A DNA stretch of 64,000 nucleotides from Bdellovibrionales bacterium (GTDB lineage: Bacteria; Bdellovibrionota; Bdellovibrionia; Bdellovibrionales; UBA1609). Positions 39,951-49,481 of the stretch are shown one piece after another (position 1 is the first letter of the stretch; the number at the start of each line of letters is the position of its first letter). The DNA is taken from contig CBDHDF010000010.1 in the NCBI GenBank assembly GCA_965261545.1, forward strand, positions 608,001 to 672,000. Reading direction: 5' to 3'. A model generated the notes under the pieces. That model had not been told where the DNA came from, searched no databases, and saw only the letters and a list, made by a program, of their open reading frames with translations. The position numbers and the translations under genes are program-made.

Positions 39951-41234
39951 TCAGTTGGAAGTATGTGAAGCTTCGAGAGTTTCGATTTGAGGTATTGTTT
40001 TCGTGGTTTTACTGGAGATTTTTTTAAAGCGCTCCACCTTGCCACGAAGACCTTGGCTCCCCTGGAGAGCATTCAAAGTGTTGTTGTAGTGAGTGCCTGC
40101 TGCTTTGAGACTTTTCCCAATTTTTTGGAGATTTTCTGCCACCCGGCAAACTGTATTGTAAATATCCCCTGCATGTTCACTGATTTTCTGAGCCTCTTTG
40201 TTGCTGTGATCCAATATCCATAAATTGCTCACTGTTTGCAGCACAGGAATCAATGTGGTGTGGGAAATTAAAACAATATGCTTTTTCCAACCGTACTCAA
40301 AAAGTGTCTTATCATATTTGAGAGCTTCGATATAGGCGGGTTCAATGGGCATAAACATTAACACAAAGTTGGGGCTGTGAAGTCCCTTGAGATTGGAGTA
40401 TTCTTTTGATGACAAATCGTCAATATGTCCTCTTACAGATATTACATGGTCTTTTATGGCCTGATTCCACTCTTGTTCGGAGCGTGCAGAGACAGATTTA
40501 TCGTAGGCAATGAGAGAGACCTTGCTGTCTATGATAACATGTTTATCATCGGGGAGTTTTAGGATGAAGTCAGTTTGTTTTTTTCGTCCGTCTTCTTCTG
40601 TAAACGAAGAATGAACCTCATAGTGTTCGCCCTTACAAAGGCCACTCATTTGTAGAGTCTGTTCGAGTTGGGCCTCCCCCCAAGCACCACGCTTTTGAGA
40701 GCTCCCTTTGAGAGCAGAGGTGAGATTGCCAGCCTCATCACTCATCTTGAGGCCAATTTCCATGACTCTTTTCACTTCAGATTCAAGGTGGGTGTGGGCT
40801 TTGACAGACTCTGTGTGAACTTCGTTGACTCTGCTTTGAAATTGGACTATTTGCTCTTGAAGAGGTTTCAGAATGGAACCCATATTTTCTTTGTTCTGTT
40901 CACTTAAGAGCTTTTGGCGTTCTCTTATGATTTCTTCTGATACGACCTTAAATTCATTTTTAAACTCGTTTTTAAACTCATTCCTGAATTCGTTTTTTTG
41001 CCTTTCAAATTGCTCTTTGAGTTCTTGAAGCTTTTCTTTTTCTGCTTCGAGTTGAACTTGCTGCTCTCTTTTCTCCGCCTCCAGTTGATAGGCTTGCTCC
41101 TTCGTGTTCTCCAGTTTTTTACGCAGAGGTTCCATCTCTTCTCTTTGGTGGCGGATAATAAGTGCCAGTATGACAACTATGATAGCAACAACAAGGGTGA
41201 GAGCGATGAGAAAGATAATAAGTGGAGTTTCCAT
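39951..41234 (-). CDS. rmuC: DNA recombination protein RmuC
   Basis: TM plus coiled coil, RGAWGE, IIDSK, FVLMFMP. Confidence 0.93.
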   Translation of the reverse strand: METPLIIFLIALTLVVAIIVVILALIIRHQREEMEPLRKKLENTKEQAYQLEAEKREQQVQLEAEKEKLQELKEQFERQKNEFRNEFKNEFKNEFKVVSEEIIRERQKLLSEQNKENMGSILKPLQEQIVQFQSRVNEVHTESVKAHTHLESEVKRVMEIGLKMSDEAGNLTSALKGSSQKRGAWGEAQLEQTLQMSGLCKGEHYEVHSSFTEEDGRKKQTDFILKLPDDKHVIIDSKVSLIAYDKSVSARSEQEWNQAIKDHVISVRGHIDDLSSKEYSNLKGLHSPNFVLMFMPIEPAYIEALKYDKTLFEYGWKKHIVLISHTTLIPVLQTVSNLWILDHSNKEAQKISEHAGDIYNTVCRVAENLQKIGKSLKAAGTHYNNTLNALQGSQGLRGKVERFKKISSKTTKTIPQIETLEASHTSN

Positions 41235-41423
41235 GATAAGGAAATATCAAAAAGCACAAAGGCTTTCAAGTTGACTTTGACTATTCCATGGGGCTCGTCC
41301 TTTGATCCTCCTAGGTCCTACTAGGTCCTAACTGGGAGTGTAAAGGAGAGGGGGCTATGGCGCAGTGTAGCGTGTGGTCGCTCTTGGTTTGTGAGGAATA
41401 CATACATGCTAAATGCAGACGAG

Positions 41424-42434
41424 CTACTCCACCTGCGGGAAGCCCAGTTTAAATGTTTGCTGGCTGACAGTAGATTGAATAGAGGGGGGAGGGGTGGGGA
41501 AGGGGTTTGAGTTCTGAATGGCCTGAGTGATGGACTCATCAAATACGGGGTTCCCCGAACTTTTAGTTAATTTCCAATGGATGATGCGCCCCTGTTCATC
41601 AATCTGGACCGTGGCTTCGGCTTTGTATTCATTTTCTTCAACAATCCACTTTGGCACACTCCATCTTTCGTAAATGTGATTCTTAAATTCTTGATAGTAT
41701 TCGTGAACTTTGATTTGATTTAAGCCCTCTAAGTCGTTGAGGGTCTTACTTTTGTTTATAATGTTTCCTTTGAATTCTTCGGTGTTCGAAGATTCGTCTT
41801 GGAGCTTTTCGAGGACATTTTCTCTCTGAAGCTTTTCAAGGGCTTGCTCTTGAGCTTTTTGATTGAAAATATTTTCTTTAACGGTTTCTGTAGGAGAAGA
41901 TTTTTTTGAAGAAGATATCTTTTTTGTCTCTGAATTTACTTTGGGAGGACTTTTCTTTGGAGATTTTTTATTAGAATGAGGCTTCTTAGTGGTTTTCTTT
42001 GCTATGAGTGGTTTTGGTGCCGGTGGGATGGACTCTTTCTTTGTTTTCTTTGTTTTCTTTGTTTTCTTTGCTTTCTTTGCTTTTGGTCGTTTGACTTTTG
42101 GTGGTTTGACTTTTGGTAGTTTTTTAGATTTTTGTAGCTTCTTTTTTTGAATCTTTTTTTTCTTGTGGACATTTTTTTCAGGAAGACCCACAACAGTTAC
42201 GGGAATAGAGCTGGTGATGATAATATCATCTGTGCTCGGAAAAATAGTCACGTTGATAATAAAAAGAAGAATAATAGCCACGTGAAGAGCCAGAGATACA
42301 AAAAAGAAAAGGCGAAAAGAGTCTTTGGATTTCATAGAGTCTTTGGATTTCATAGAGTCTTTAGATTTCATAGCGTCTTTGTGTTTCATAGCATCTTCAG
42401 ATTTCATAGCCTCTTTGTGTTTCATGGATTCCAT
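41424..42434 (-). CDS. TolA/TonB-like energy transducer
   Basis: TM with SxxxH (SLALH), Lys/Pro-rich linker, TonB_2-like C-terminus (SSGNPVFD..PFP). Confidence 0.82.
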   Translation of the reverse strand: MESMKHKEAMKSEDAMKHKDAMKSKDSMKSKDSMKSKDSFRLFFFVSLALHVAIILLFIINVTIFPSTDDIIITSSIPVTVVGLPEKNVHKKKKIQKKKLQKSKKLPKVKPPKVKRPKAKKAKKTKKTKKTKKESIPPAPKPLIAKKTTKKPHSNKKSPKKSPPKVNSETKKISSSKKSSPTETVKENIFNQKAQEQALEKLQRENVLEKLQDESSNTEEFKGNIINKSKTLNDLEGLNQIKVHEYYQEFKNHIYERWSVPKWIVEENEYKAEATVQIDEQGRIIHWKLTKSSGNPVFDESITQAIQNSNPFPTPPPSIQSTVSQQTFKLGFPQVE

Positions 42435-42447
42435 GGACAGGTTAACT

Positions 42448-42883
42448 TTACCTATGTTGGGGGAGGGTCACCAAGCCAATATTGTAGGTCCCTGAAGATT
42501 GAATGGCGGCCATGGCCTGGGCCACCCTACCGTAGTCCACATTCTTATCGGCTTTGATGTAAACACTCTTATCTTTTCGTTTCTCCATAATAGCAGCTAG
42601 CTTTGACTGAATACTTACAATGGGTATGGGGGTTGTCGCCTTTCCAAAATAAACTTTACGATTTTTCTTAATATAAATGATAAATGGTTCTTCATGAATT
42701 TGAATCCCTGTGCTCTTTGTTTCAGGCAAAGTCGACGTTGATGCCTTGTTGAATCATGGGAGCTGTCACCATAAATATAATGAGCAAAACAAGCATGACA
42801 TCGACAAGAGGTGTCGTGTTGATTTCGCTTAAGACTGTTTTTCTAGAAGACCTGTTATGGCTGTTTTGTGAAGACATTCCCAT
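42448..42883 (-). CDS. tolR: TolR/ExbD family protein with an apparent +1 frameshift at 42728-42730
   Basis: [29 protein letters not shown] in one frame; [15 protein letters not shown] in the next. Confidence 0.85.
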
Positions 42884-43007
42884 AGAGCTTTGCTCCCTAG
42901 ATATTGTTGTTTTGTGTCAATTTTCTGCTTTATTTTTTTGCTTTGTATCAATTTTATTTTTTACATCCGTTTTTAGAGCCTTCTTTAGGACTTAGATTTT
43001 TTAAGGA

Positions 43008-43790
43008 TTAGCCTTCTTTAAAGAAATTACGACGGGCAATGTTTAAAAAATCAGCGGCAAAGTTGTTAAGGCTCAATTCTTCTTGGCGCACTCGAGTTAA
43101 ATAGTGATTGTAAGCCACTGTGGCTGGAATGGCCGCCGCTAAACCAATGGCAGTTGCCACAAGAGCTTCAGAGATTCCAGGGGCGACAATAGCCAAGCTT
43201 GCCATGTTTGTAGCACCAATTTTCTGAAAGGCCCCCATAATACCCCAGACGGTTCCAAAGAGGCCAATAAATGGGCCTGTGCTTCCCGTTGTGGCAAGAA
43301 GGGAAAGTCGAGACTCCATAGCTGATATCTCTGTGTCTATGGATTTGTGGATGGCACGATTTAAATTGTCCACTCCCGAAAGAAAAGATGTGGAAGAAGA
43401 GCCCCCCGCCTCTTTATTTTCTTCAGCTAAGGGAGATTCGGCCATGGCCTTCATTTCTAAGTAACCGGAGCGAAAAATATGGGCCAAGTTGCTATGGGGA
43501 AACTCCGCAAGACGATTGAAGGTGGAGTCGAGGGACTGTGTGTTCCAGAAAGCTTTATTAAAGGCTTCATTGTCTACAGTGATTTGTTTGAATTGCCTGG
43601 ATTTGGTAAGGGTGATGGCCCAGCACAAAACCGACATAACCACCAATATAAGAAGCGTGAGTTGAACTAAGGGGCTTGCTTGAATAATGGCATTCCAAGC
43701 ATTGATATTCACTGCGGTGGTTGGTGTCGTTACTTCTTGCGACAAGTCCACCTGGGCTGCCATTTGTGCCCAAGTCCAAATTGTGTTCAT
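43008..43790 (-). CDS. tolQ: TolQ/ExbB proton channel
   Basis: PFIGLFGTVWGIM, APGISEALVATAIGL. Confidence 0.88.
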   Translation of the reverse strand: MNTIWTWAQMAAQVDLSQEVTTPTTAVNINAWNAIIQASPLVQLTLLILVVMSVLCWAITLTKSRQFKQITVDNEAFNKAFWNTQSLDSTFNRLAEFPHSNLAHIFRSGYLEMKAMAESPLAEENKEAGGSSSTSFLSGVDNLNRAIHKSIDTEISAMESRLSLLATTGSTGPFIGLFGTVWGIMGAFQKIGATNMASLAIVAPGISEALVATAIGLAAAIPATVAYNHYLTRVRQEELSLNNFAADFLNIARRNFFKEG

Positions 43791-43927
43791 GCTGCTCCTC
43801 CCTTTTTGCGGCGGGTCTTGTCATCTCATCGGCGTAAAATAGTTGCTGGCCCAAAGGCTGAGTCAGATGTTGGCCCATCTGTGGGACCTCGATCAACTAT
43901 CTCATATCTCGACTTCTTCCTCTACTT

Positions 43928-44863
43928 CTATTTTCTCTGTTTTTCCCTGCCCCTACTTTTGATGTTGTGTAGGAATTCACTGGGATAAGGGGTCATAACT
44001 CCATGAAATAAAGATTTTTGGGAGGAGTCCCACTGATGGGGAGTTTCAGTGATGGCAATCACTTTTTGTTGGCGACGGAGAGCTTCAAGGTGCATTCTTT
44101 TAGGAAGGGCCTTATGGGAATCTGTTATATCTTGAAAAATAAAGTCCGTTTGAACACCAAAGAGTGTTTCGAGGAAGAGAGAACTCATAATCTGAGATTG
44201 CATGACCCTAGGGGGGTCGGGGAAGTAAAGCCAGTGGGGCTCCTTCTTTTTTAAGAAACGAAGCACTTGGGGGAAGCGACTATGGACGATCACCCTTTTT
44301 TCTGCCCTGGCGTCGTGGATGTTTTTTGATAACTGGCTCAGGGACTTTTCTTCGTAGTGGTGAATATCTAGAAGAAAAGTTATTTTGGGAAAAAGGGAGA
44401 GTGCGGACCTCATGGTGAGAAGCTTGTGAGCTTGGTTTTGGTTGCCTTGTTGAAGTTCTTTTCTAAGGTCATGGAGACTGTGTTGGTGAAGGGCTTTCAC
44501 TTCACCATGGGAGGTGGTCAAAGTGCCACTTCTCCAAAGGACCCACTGGCGGTCTTTGGTGAGCCAAAGGTCAATTTCAGCAATGACTTTAGGGCTTAAT
44601 GTGGTTTCCATTTGCAGGGCGGTTAATCTTTGAAGGGCTATGTAGGAATTGGAGGGTAACTCACCCTCACCAGCCCCTTTGGCAATAAGGTAAAAGGGAT
44701 TTTTTGAGAGAAGAGGGTGATCCAATGCCTGGTGAGATTGCCGAAATCCCAGGTTTCGCAACAGTAGAATGGCAGCCACTCCCCACAATATAACAATTCC
44801 ACTGATGGCGAAGAGGCGAAAAATAGCTTGCTTCATAGGGCAGGTATATATCTTTTTAGGCAA
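43928..44863 (-). CDS. Membrane-anchored glycerophosphodiester phosphodiesterase-like protein (catalytic His residues absent)
   Basis: IAKGAG..PSNS, EIDLWLTKD and GVMTPYP align with GDPD motifs. Confidence 0.7.
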   Translation of the reverse strand: MPKKIYTCPMKQAIFRLFAISGIVILWGVAAILLLRNLGFRQSHQALDHPLLSKNPFYLIAKGAGEGELPSNSYIALQRLTALQMETTLSPKVIAEIDLWLTKDRQWVLWRSGTLTTSHGEVKALHQHSLHDLRKELQQGNQNQAHKLLTMRSALSLFPKITFLLDIHHYEEKSLSQLSKNIHDARAEKRVIVHSRFPQVLRFLKKKEPHWLYFPDPPRVMQSQIMSSLFLETLFGVQTDFIFQDITDSHKALPKRMHLEALRRQQKVIAITETPHQWDSSQKSLFHGVMTPYPSEFLHNIKSRGREKQRK

Positions 44864-44904
44864 GATGTCTATTTGCGTTCCTATGCCTATTTGCGTTCCT
44901 ATGC

Positions 44905-45987
44905 CTATTTTGCGTTCTTTTGAAATTTGGAGAAGTCTTCACGGCGAAACCATAGAAGGTAGCCCCATATAACCACCAAACTAAAGTATGGAATTCCCAT
45001 GAATAGAGCTGCCGCAATATGAAATAAAACCCCAAAGCCAATCCAGAGAGGAAATAGCTTTTTCTGCCAAATCGCCATGGGGAAGTAAACCTCAAAAGCG
45101 ATGACAGAAGCACTCATAATGGCCACAAGAGCTGGCCAATGGTAAAACAGACTTAGGTCCATAGGAACAAGTTGCTGATTTCCAATCACATACCAAACAG
45201 CGCTGCCCTCCCACCATTGAGGGCCTTTAAGTTTTTCCAAACCTGTCATACCGTAGGAAATGCAGATTTGCACCTGCACCAGGCGCACACCCACAGAAGT
45301 TAGCAAATCTGATTTGTCATAAGTGTCAACTTTGTCATAAACGTCAATTTTTTTGTTACATGCTTTCATTTTGTTACAAGTTTCAACTTTTTTGGAAAAT
45401 CCAAACCATCTCTTCCGAACCCATGTGATAAAGTTGAAGTGAACACCAGTTTTCATGAAGCAAAGAAAAAACAGATAGAAGGTGGCATATAAATCAGCTC
45501 CATAGACAATAAAATGATTTCTTTGTATAAAGCACAAGTGAAAAAAGAATATCACCAATACAAAGAATCTATTGGAAATACCTAGAACTATGAAAAAAAG
45601 GCCCAACAAGAATAACACATGGAGCAAGTAAATAAGGCCATTGGTGCTCGGAAATAAATAAAAAAGGGGCCTATTAAACTCATTGTAGTAAAGTTTTGCC
45701 ACTTCCGTATCAACCATCCCCTCGTTGAAATAAAAAAGCTCTATTTCTAAGAATCTCGTAAAGTACATGACCAAGAGCGTGGCTCCTAGCCCCATTCGAA
45801 ATAAGGACAAAACATAAAGGTCTCTGGGAGCAAACCAAAATTGATTCCATAAATTCCAAATATTCAAGCAGAGTTTCCAAATATTCCAGAGATTCCAAAT
45901 ATTAGTTTTTGAACTATTGGCTTTGGAACTATTGGCTTTTGAGTCTATGTGACCTTCCTTGGGTGAGGTTGTTATCTCTCCGGGCAT
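44905..45987 (-). CDS. HTTM domain membrane protein (SdpB-like)
   Basis: LSLFR, RNHFIVYGAD, QVQICISY..GLEKL..WWEG, FHI...MG. Confidence 0.82.
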   Translation of the reverse strand: MPGEITTSPKEGHIDSKANSSKANSSKTNIWNLWNIWKLCLNIWNLWNQFWFAPRDLYVLSLFRMGLGATLLVMYFTRFLEIELFYFNEGMVDTEVAKLYYNEFNRPLFYLFPSTNGLIYLLHVLFLLGLFFIVLGISNRFFVLVIFFFHLCFIQRNHFIVYGADLYATFYLFFLCFMKTGVHFNFITWVRKRWFGFSKKVETCNKMKACNKKIDVYDKVDTYDKSDLLTSVGVRLVQVQICISYGMTGLEKLKGPQWWEGSAVWYVIGNQQLVPMDLSLFYHWPALVAIMSASVIAFEVYFPMAIWQKKLFPLWIGFGVLFHIAAALFMGIPYFSLVVIWGYLLWFRREDFSKFQKNAK

Positions 45988-46625
45988 GTATATTCCTTGA
46001 GGGGGAAGTCATGGACTTTAGCTAAATGTTCTATTTTCTTATTTTTTATCTGAGCGGCCTCAATGGAGGGGAGTGTCTTAGTTTGGACAAGCACAGATAT
46101 GGAGTGAGCTTTAGGGTGTTTTCGGCACACCCAAGGAATAAAAATATATTTTATTGTTTCCTCACTCAGTGTTGCCGCGACGCTATGGGAAAAACTTCTA
46201 TTGATATTGACTCTTAGCATCCCCTCACTAGATCGAGGTGGCCAGTGGTATTCATGGATTTCCATGTCATCATCGTTGCTACGATGGCCATCGCTGTCAC
46301 CACCATTGCCACCATCACTGTCGCTTCCACCACTATCCCCCTCGCTGTCACTGTGATCGCCTCCAATATCATCACCATTGAATTCTTCATTATTGAAGTG
46401 AACCTCATACTCAATGTATCTTTCACCAGCAGGGTTGGGAGAGAAAAACCTCCAGGTTGTATTAAGGCCCAATGTGCTGGCATAAGAAATCATAAAGTGG
46501 GGAAGGGATCTCGATAAGATGGATCCGGGATTGGAGACAACCACCATGGTTGTGACATGCAAGATAATGAATACAGATAAAAAAAATTTCGCTATGCCCA
46601 CCTTAACACAGTTTTTATTTAACAC
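45972..46625 (-). CDS. SdpA/DUF5819-like membrane-anchored protein
   Basis: N-terminal TM ending in H, motif WRFFSPNP; overlaps the HTTM gene. Confidence 0.6.
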   Translation of the reverse strand: MLNKNCVKVGIAKFFLSVFIILHVTTMVVVSNPGSILSRSLPHFMISYASTLGLNTTWRFFSPNPAGERYIEYEVHFNNEEFNGDDIGGDHSDSEGDSGGSDSDGGNGGDSDGHRSNDDDMEIHEYHWPPRSSEGMLRVNINRSFSHSVAATLSEETIKYIFIPWVCRKHPKAHSISVLVQTKTLPSIEAAQIKNKKIEHLAKVHDFPLKEYTCPER

Positions 46626-46697
46626 TGCCGATAACCCCTAACTCACCTTAACACGGACTTATTCTAAAGTAGACACTCTTTCTGAATTTGTTCCACA

Positions 46698-47183
46698 TTA
46701 AAGAGAGGGTGGGGGTGGCTTTTGGGGCTGTGTGTGAGAATTGGTGGAAAGAAATCGAGACTGTTGTTTATCCGTGGGTGGGGGAGGGAGGGGACATGTT
46801 TTTTTTGAATCAAACTTTGAACCAAACCAAGAATATCTATGGCGAGCAATAATGTCGTAAAGACCATCAAGCCAAGTTCGGGGTACAATTTTGAAGATAG
46901 AAAATAGTTTCCATACTCCTCCAATATCCCAAGTGATGGCGAGAAGAGCTTGCGACTTATAAAGAATATGCCCCCTTCTCCAATAGATAATGGAGTCGGG
47001 GTGGTTTTCTATTTTACCGAGAAAGTCTTGGGCCCGTGGGCTTTGAAGGGGGCAAAATTTAAGAATTTCTCTTTTGTCGTAAATAAGTAATTTTTGCACC
47101 CAAAAGCTACAGTATTGACATAGACCATCAAAGAAAACGATATGACGATGAGTAGAGCTGTTATGAGGAGTGTGATTGTTCAT
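46698..47183 (-). CDS. DCC family thiol-disulfide oxidoreductase (DUF393)
   Basis: FFDGLCQYC, F.PLQS, DGLYDIIARHRYSWFG. Confidence 0.9.
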   Translation of the reverse strand: MNNHTPHNSSTHRHIVFFDGLCQYCSFWVQKLLIYDKREILKFCPLQSPRAQDFLGKIENHPDSIIYWRRGHILYKSQALLAITWDIGGVWKLFSIFKIVPRTWLDGLYDIIARHRYSWFGSKFDSKKTCPLPPPPTDKQQSRFLSTNSHTQPQKPPPPSL

Positions 47184-47443
47184 CGCAAGTAAAACTGTGA
47201 CATAATGAAAAAGCTTCGTCCATTGGTAAATGGCTGTGGAGGAACTTAGGTCTTAAATATAACCTTTGATATAGCCTTTGGCCTCGTTCGTACGACCCTT
47301 CTTGAAGCCCTTTCTCATTCCCTTTTCTTCAGCGCACCTTTGTGAGAAATGTGGGCTAGACAGGTCCTTGTTATTTTAATAGTCTTCAGGGGGCATGGAG
47401 AATAGAGCCATGGAGAGAGAAAATAGAGTATGGAGAAATAGAG

Positions 47444-49117
47444 ATGAAAAAATTTATTCCTGCCTCTGGGCAGCCCTCCCTATCTCAAGAGCAGCTTATT
47501 GTTAAGGTGGGTTCAACGGCGACCCCCTCCTATGAGGAGGTGCCCATGGATGTGCTTTTTGTGGGAGCGGGGCCCGCAGGTTTAAGCGGCGCCATTGAGC
47601 TTGCCAAGCTGGTTAAGAATGACCCTGAGCTTGGTGATATCGACATTGGTATTCTCGAAAAAGCTTCTAGTTTGGGGGGGCATTGTCTTTCAGGGGCCGT
47701 GTTCAATCCTGTGGTGATGAGGGAATTGTTTCCCGGTGTGGATGAAAAGGACTTTCCCTTTCGCCAACCTGTGGAAGGAGATGAGGTTTACTTTTTGACC
47801 GAAAACCACAAGCTGAGAATTCCCACCCCTCCCACCATGCACAACAAGGGAAATTATGTGGCCTCCCTTTGTGAAGTTGTGCGCTGGATGGGGGAGAAAG
47901 CAGAAGAACTGGGAGTTCATGTTCTCACTGAGTTTCCTGGGGCATCGCTTCTCACAGAAGGAAATCGAGTCATGGGAGTTCGTACGACACCGATGGGCCT
48001 TCAGCGAGATGGTCGCCCAGGTTCTCGTTACATGCCACCCAACGATATTACGGCTCAAGTGACGGTTTTAACCGAGGGAACCCGTGGGCTTCTCACCCAA
48101 GCCTATTTGAATTGGCAGAAGGTTTGTTCTCCACGCCCCCAGATCTATGCACTGGGTGTGAAGGAACTTTGGGAAACCAAGAAAGTGCCCTACAAGGTCA
48201 CCCATACTCTGAACTGGCCTCTGCCCATGAATGCCTTTGGTGGCAGTTTTATGTATCCCATGGGAGACAACCAGCTTTCTTTGGGTCTTGTGGTGGGGCT
48301 TGATTATAAGGATCACAATCTCGATGTTCACAAAATGTTGCAGCAAATAAAACAACACCCTCTCTTTGCTCCCTATTTAGAGGGAGGCCGAGCGGTGGAG
48401 TGGGGGGCCAAAACCATCCCCGAAGGTGGTCTTGAGGCTCTTCCAGAAAGGCTTCACGGAGATGGACTGTTGATGGCGGGAGATGGCCCAGGCTTTGTCA
48501 ATGTCCCCGCTCTCAAGGGCATTCACTATGCCATGCACACAGGTGTATTGGCTGCAAGGACAATTTATAAGGCTCTTAAGTCCAAGGACACATCGGCTCA
48601 AACACTGAAAGACTTTGATGACCAAGTGAAAAGTAGCTTTGTCTTCCATGATCTTAAAAAAGTTCGCAATATGCGCCATGCTTTTAAATCGGGGTTGATC
48701 TTAGGAGGTATCAAAGCGAGTTTAATGACCCTGACCGAGGGGAATTTTCCCGGAGGAGGGGGCTCTCATTTTTTGGAGGATGGCGCCGAAGAAAAACACT
48801 TTGTTCCTAGGGCCATTTTAGAGAACCCAGGGGTTGCTTTGGAGAACTCTGGTATGAGCAAAGTGGACGCTGTTTATTTATCGGGGAATAAGACTCGGGA
48901 TGATATTCCCTCCCACTTGACGGTGGGGCAGGATATTTCTGAAGAACAGGCAGATCTCTATGTTCACATGTGTCCCGCAGGTGTTTATGAAAAAGATGCT
49001 CAGGGCCACCTTGTGGTGAATGCCCCTAACTGTGTGGATTGCAAGGCCACCGATGTTTTAGGCCCTAGGTGGCAGCCCCGGGAAGGTGGAAGTGGTCCCA
49101 ACTACAGGAGTATGTAG
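47444..49117 (+). CDS. Electron transfer flavoprotein-ubiquinone oxidoreductase
   Basis: VGAGPAGL, LSGA, GAKTIPEGG, KGIHYAM, CPAGVYE..NCVDCK..EGGSGP. Confidence 0.93.
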   Translation: MKKFIPASGQPSLSQEQLIVKVGSTATPSYEEVPMDVLFVGAGPAGLSGAIELAKLVKNDPELGDIDIGILEKASSLGGHCLSGAVFNPVVMRELFPGVDEKDFPFRQPVEGDEVYFLTENHKLRIPTPPTMHNKGNYVASLCEVVRWMGEKAEELGVHVLTEFPGASLLTEGNRVMGVRTTPMGLQRDGRPGSRYMPPNDITAQVTVLTEGTRGLLTQAYLNWQKVCSPRPQIYALGVKELWETKKVPYKVTHTLNWPLPMNAFGGSFMYPMGDNQLSLGLVVGLDYKDHNLDVHKMLQQIKQHPLFAPYLEGGRAVEWGAKTIPEGGLEALPERLHGDGLLMAGDGPGFVNVPALKGIHYAMHTGVLAARTIYKALKSKDTSAQTLKDFDDQVKSSFVFHDLKKVRNMRHAFKSGLILGGIKASLMTLTEGNFPGGGGSHFLEDGAEEKHFVPRAILENPGVALENSGMSKVDAVYLSGNKTRDDIPSHLTVGQDISEEQADLYVHMCPAGVYEKDAQGHLVVNAPNCVDCKATDVLGPRWQPREGGSGPNYRSM

Positions 49118-49163
49118 ATTTGGTTTTGAGCAAACACAATCCGTAACTCTTTCAGAAGAATCA

Positions 49164-49397
49164 TCACTCTGAATCATTTCCAATGGCCTCCACGGGGCAC
49201 CCCTCCATGGCCTCAAGACATGCTTCCTCCTCCTCAGGAGTGGTGGGCTGTTTGATAACAAAGGCGTGGCCGTCGTCTTCATCCATGCCAAAGTGTTCTT
49301 CGGCGGTCATCACACAGGCATCACAGGCAATGCACTCACGATCCACATAGTATTTGCCAGAAACATTTTCATCGTACTTTTGTTTTTTGTCAGCCAT
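49164..49397 (-). CDS. Ferredoxin (single cluster)
   Basis: CIACDAC..CPVEAIG. Confidence 0.92.
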   Translation of the reverse strand: MADKKQKYDENVSGKYYVDRECIACDACVMTAEEHFGMDEDDGHAFVIKQPTTPEEEEACLEAMEGCPVEAIGNDSE

Positions 49398-49481
49398 AGT
49401 TTACCGCTCGCCTTATGTCATAACCAAATCATGATTCTTCACTCCATTTTACTACATCGGCTGTGATTCCTTGTCATCCAA

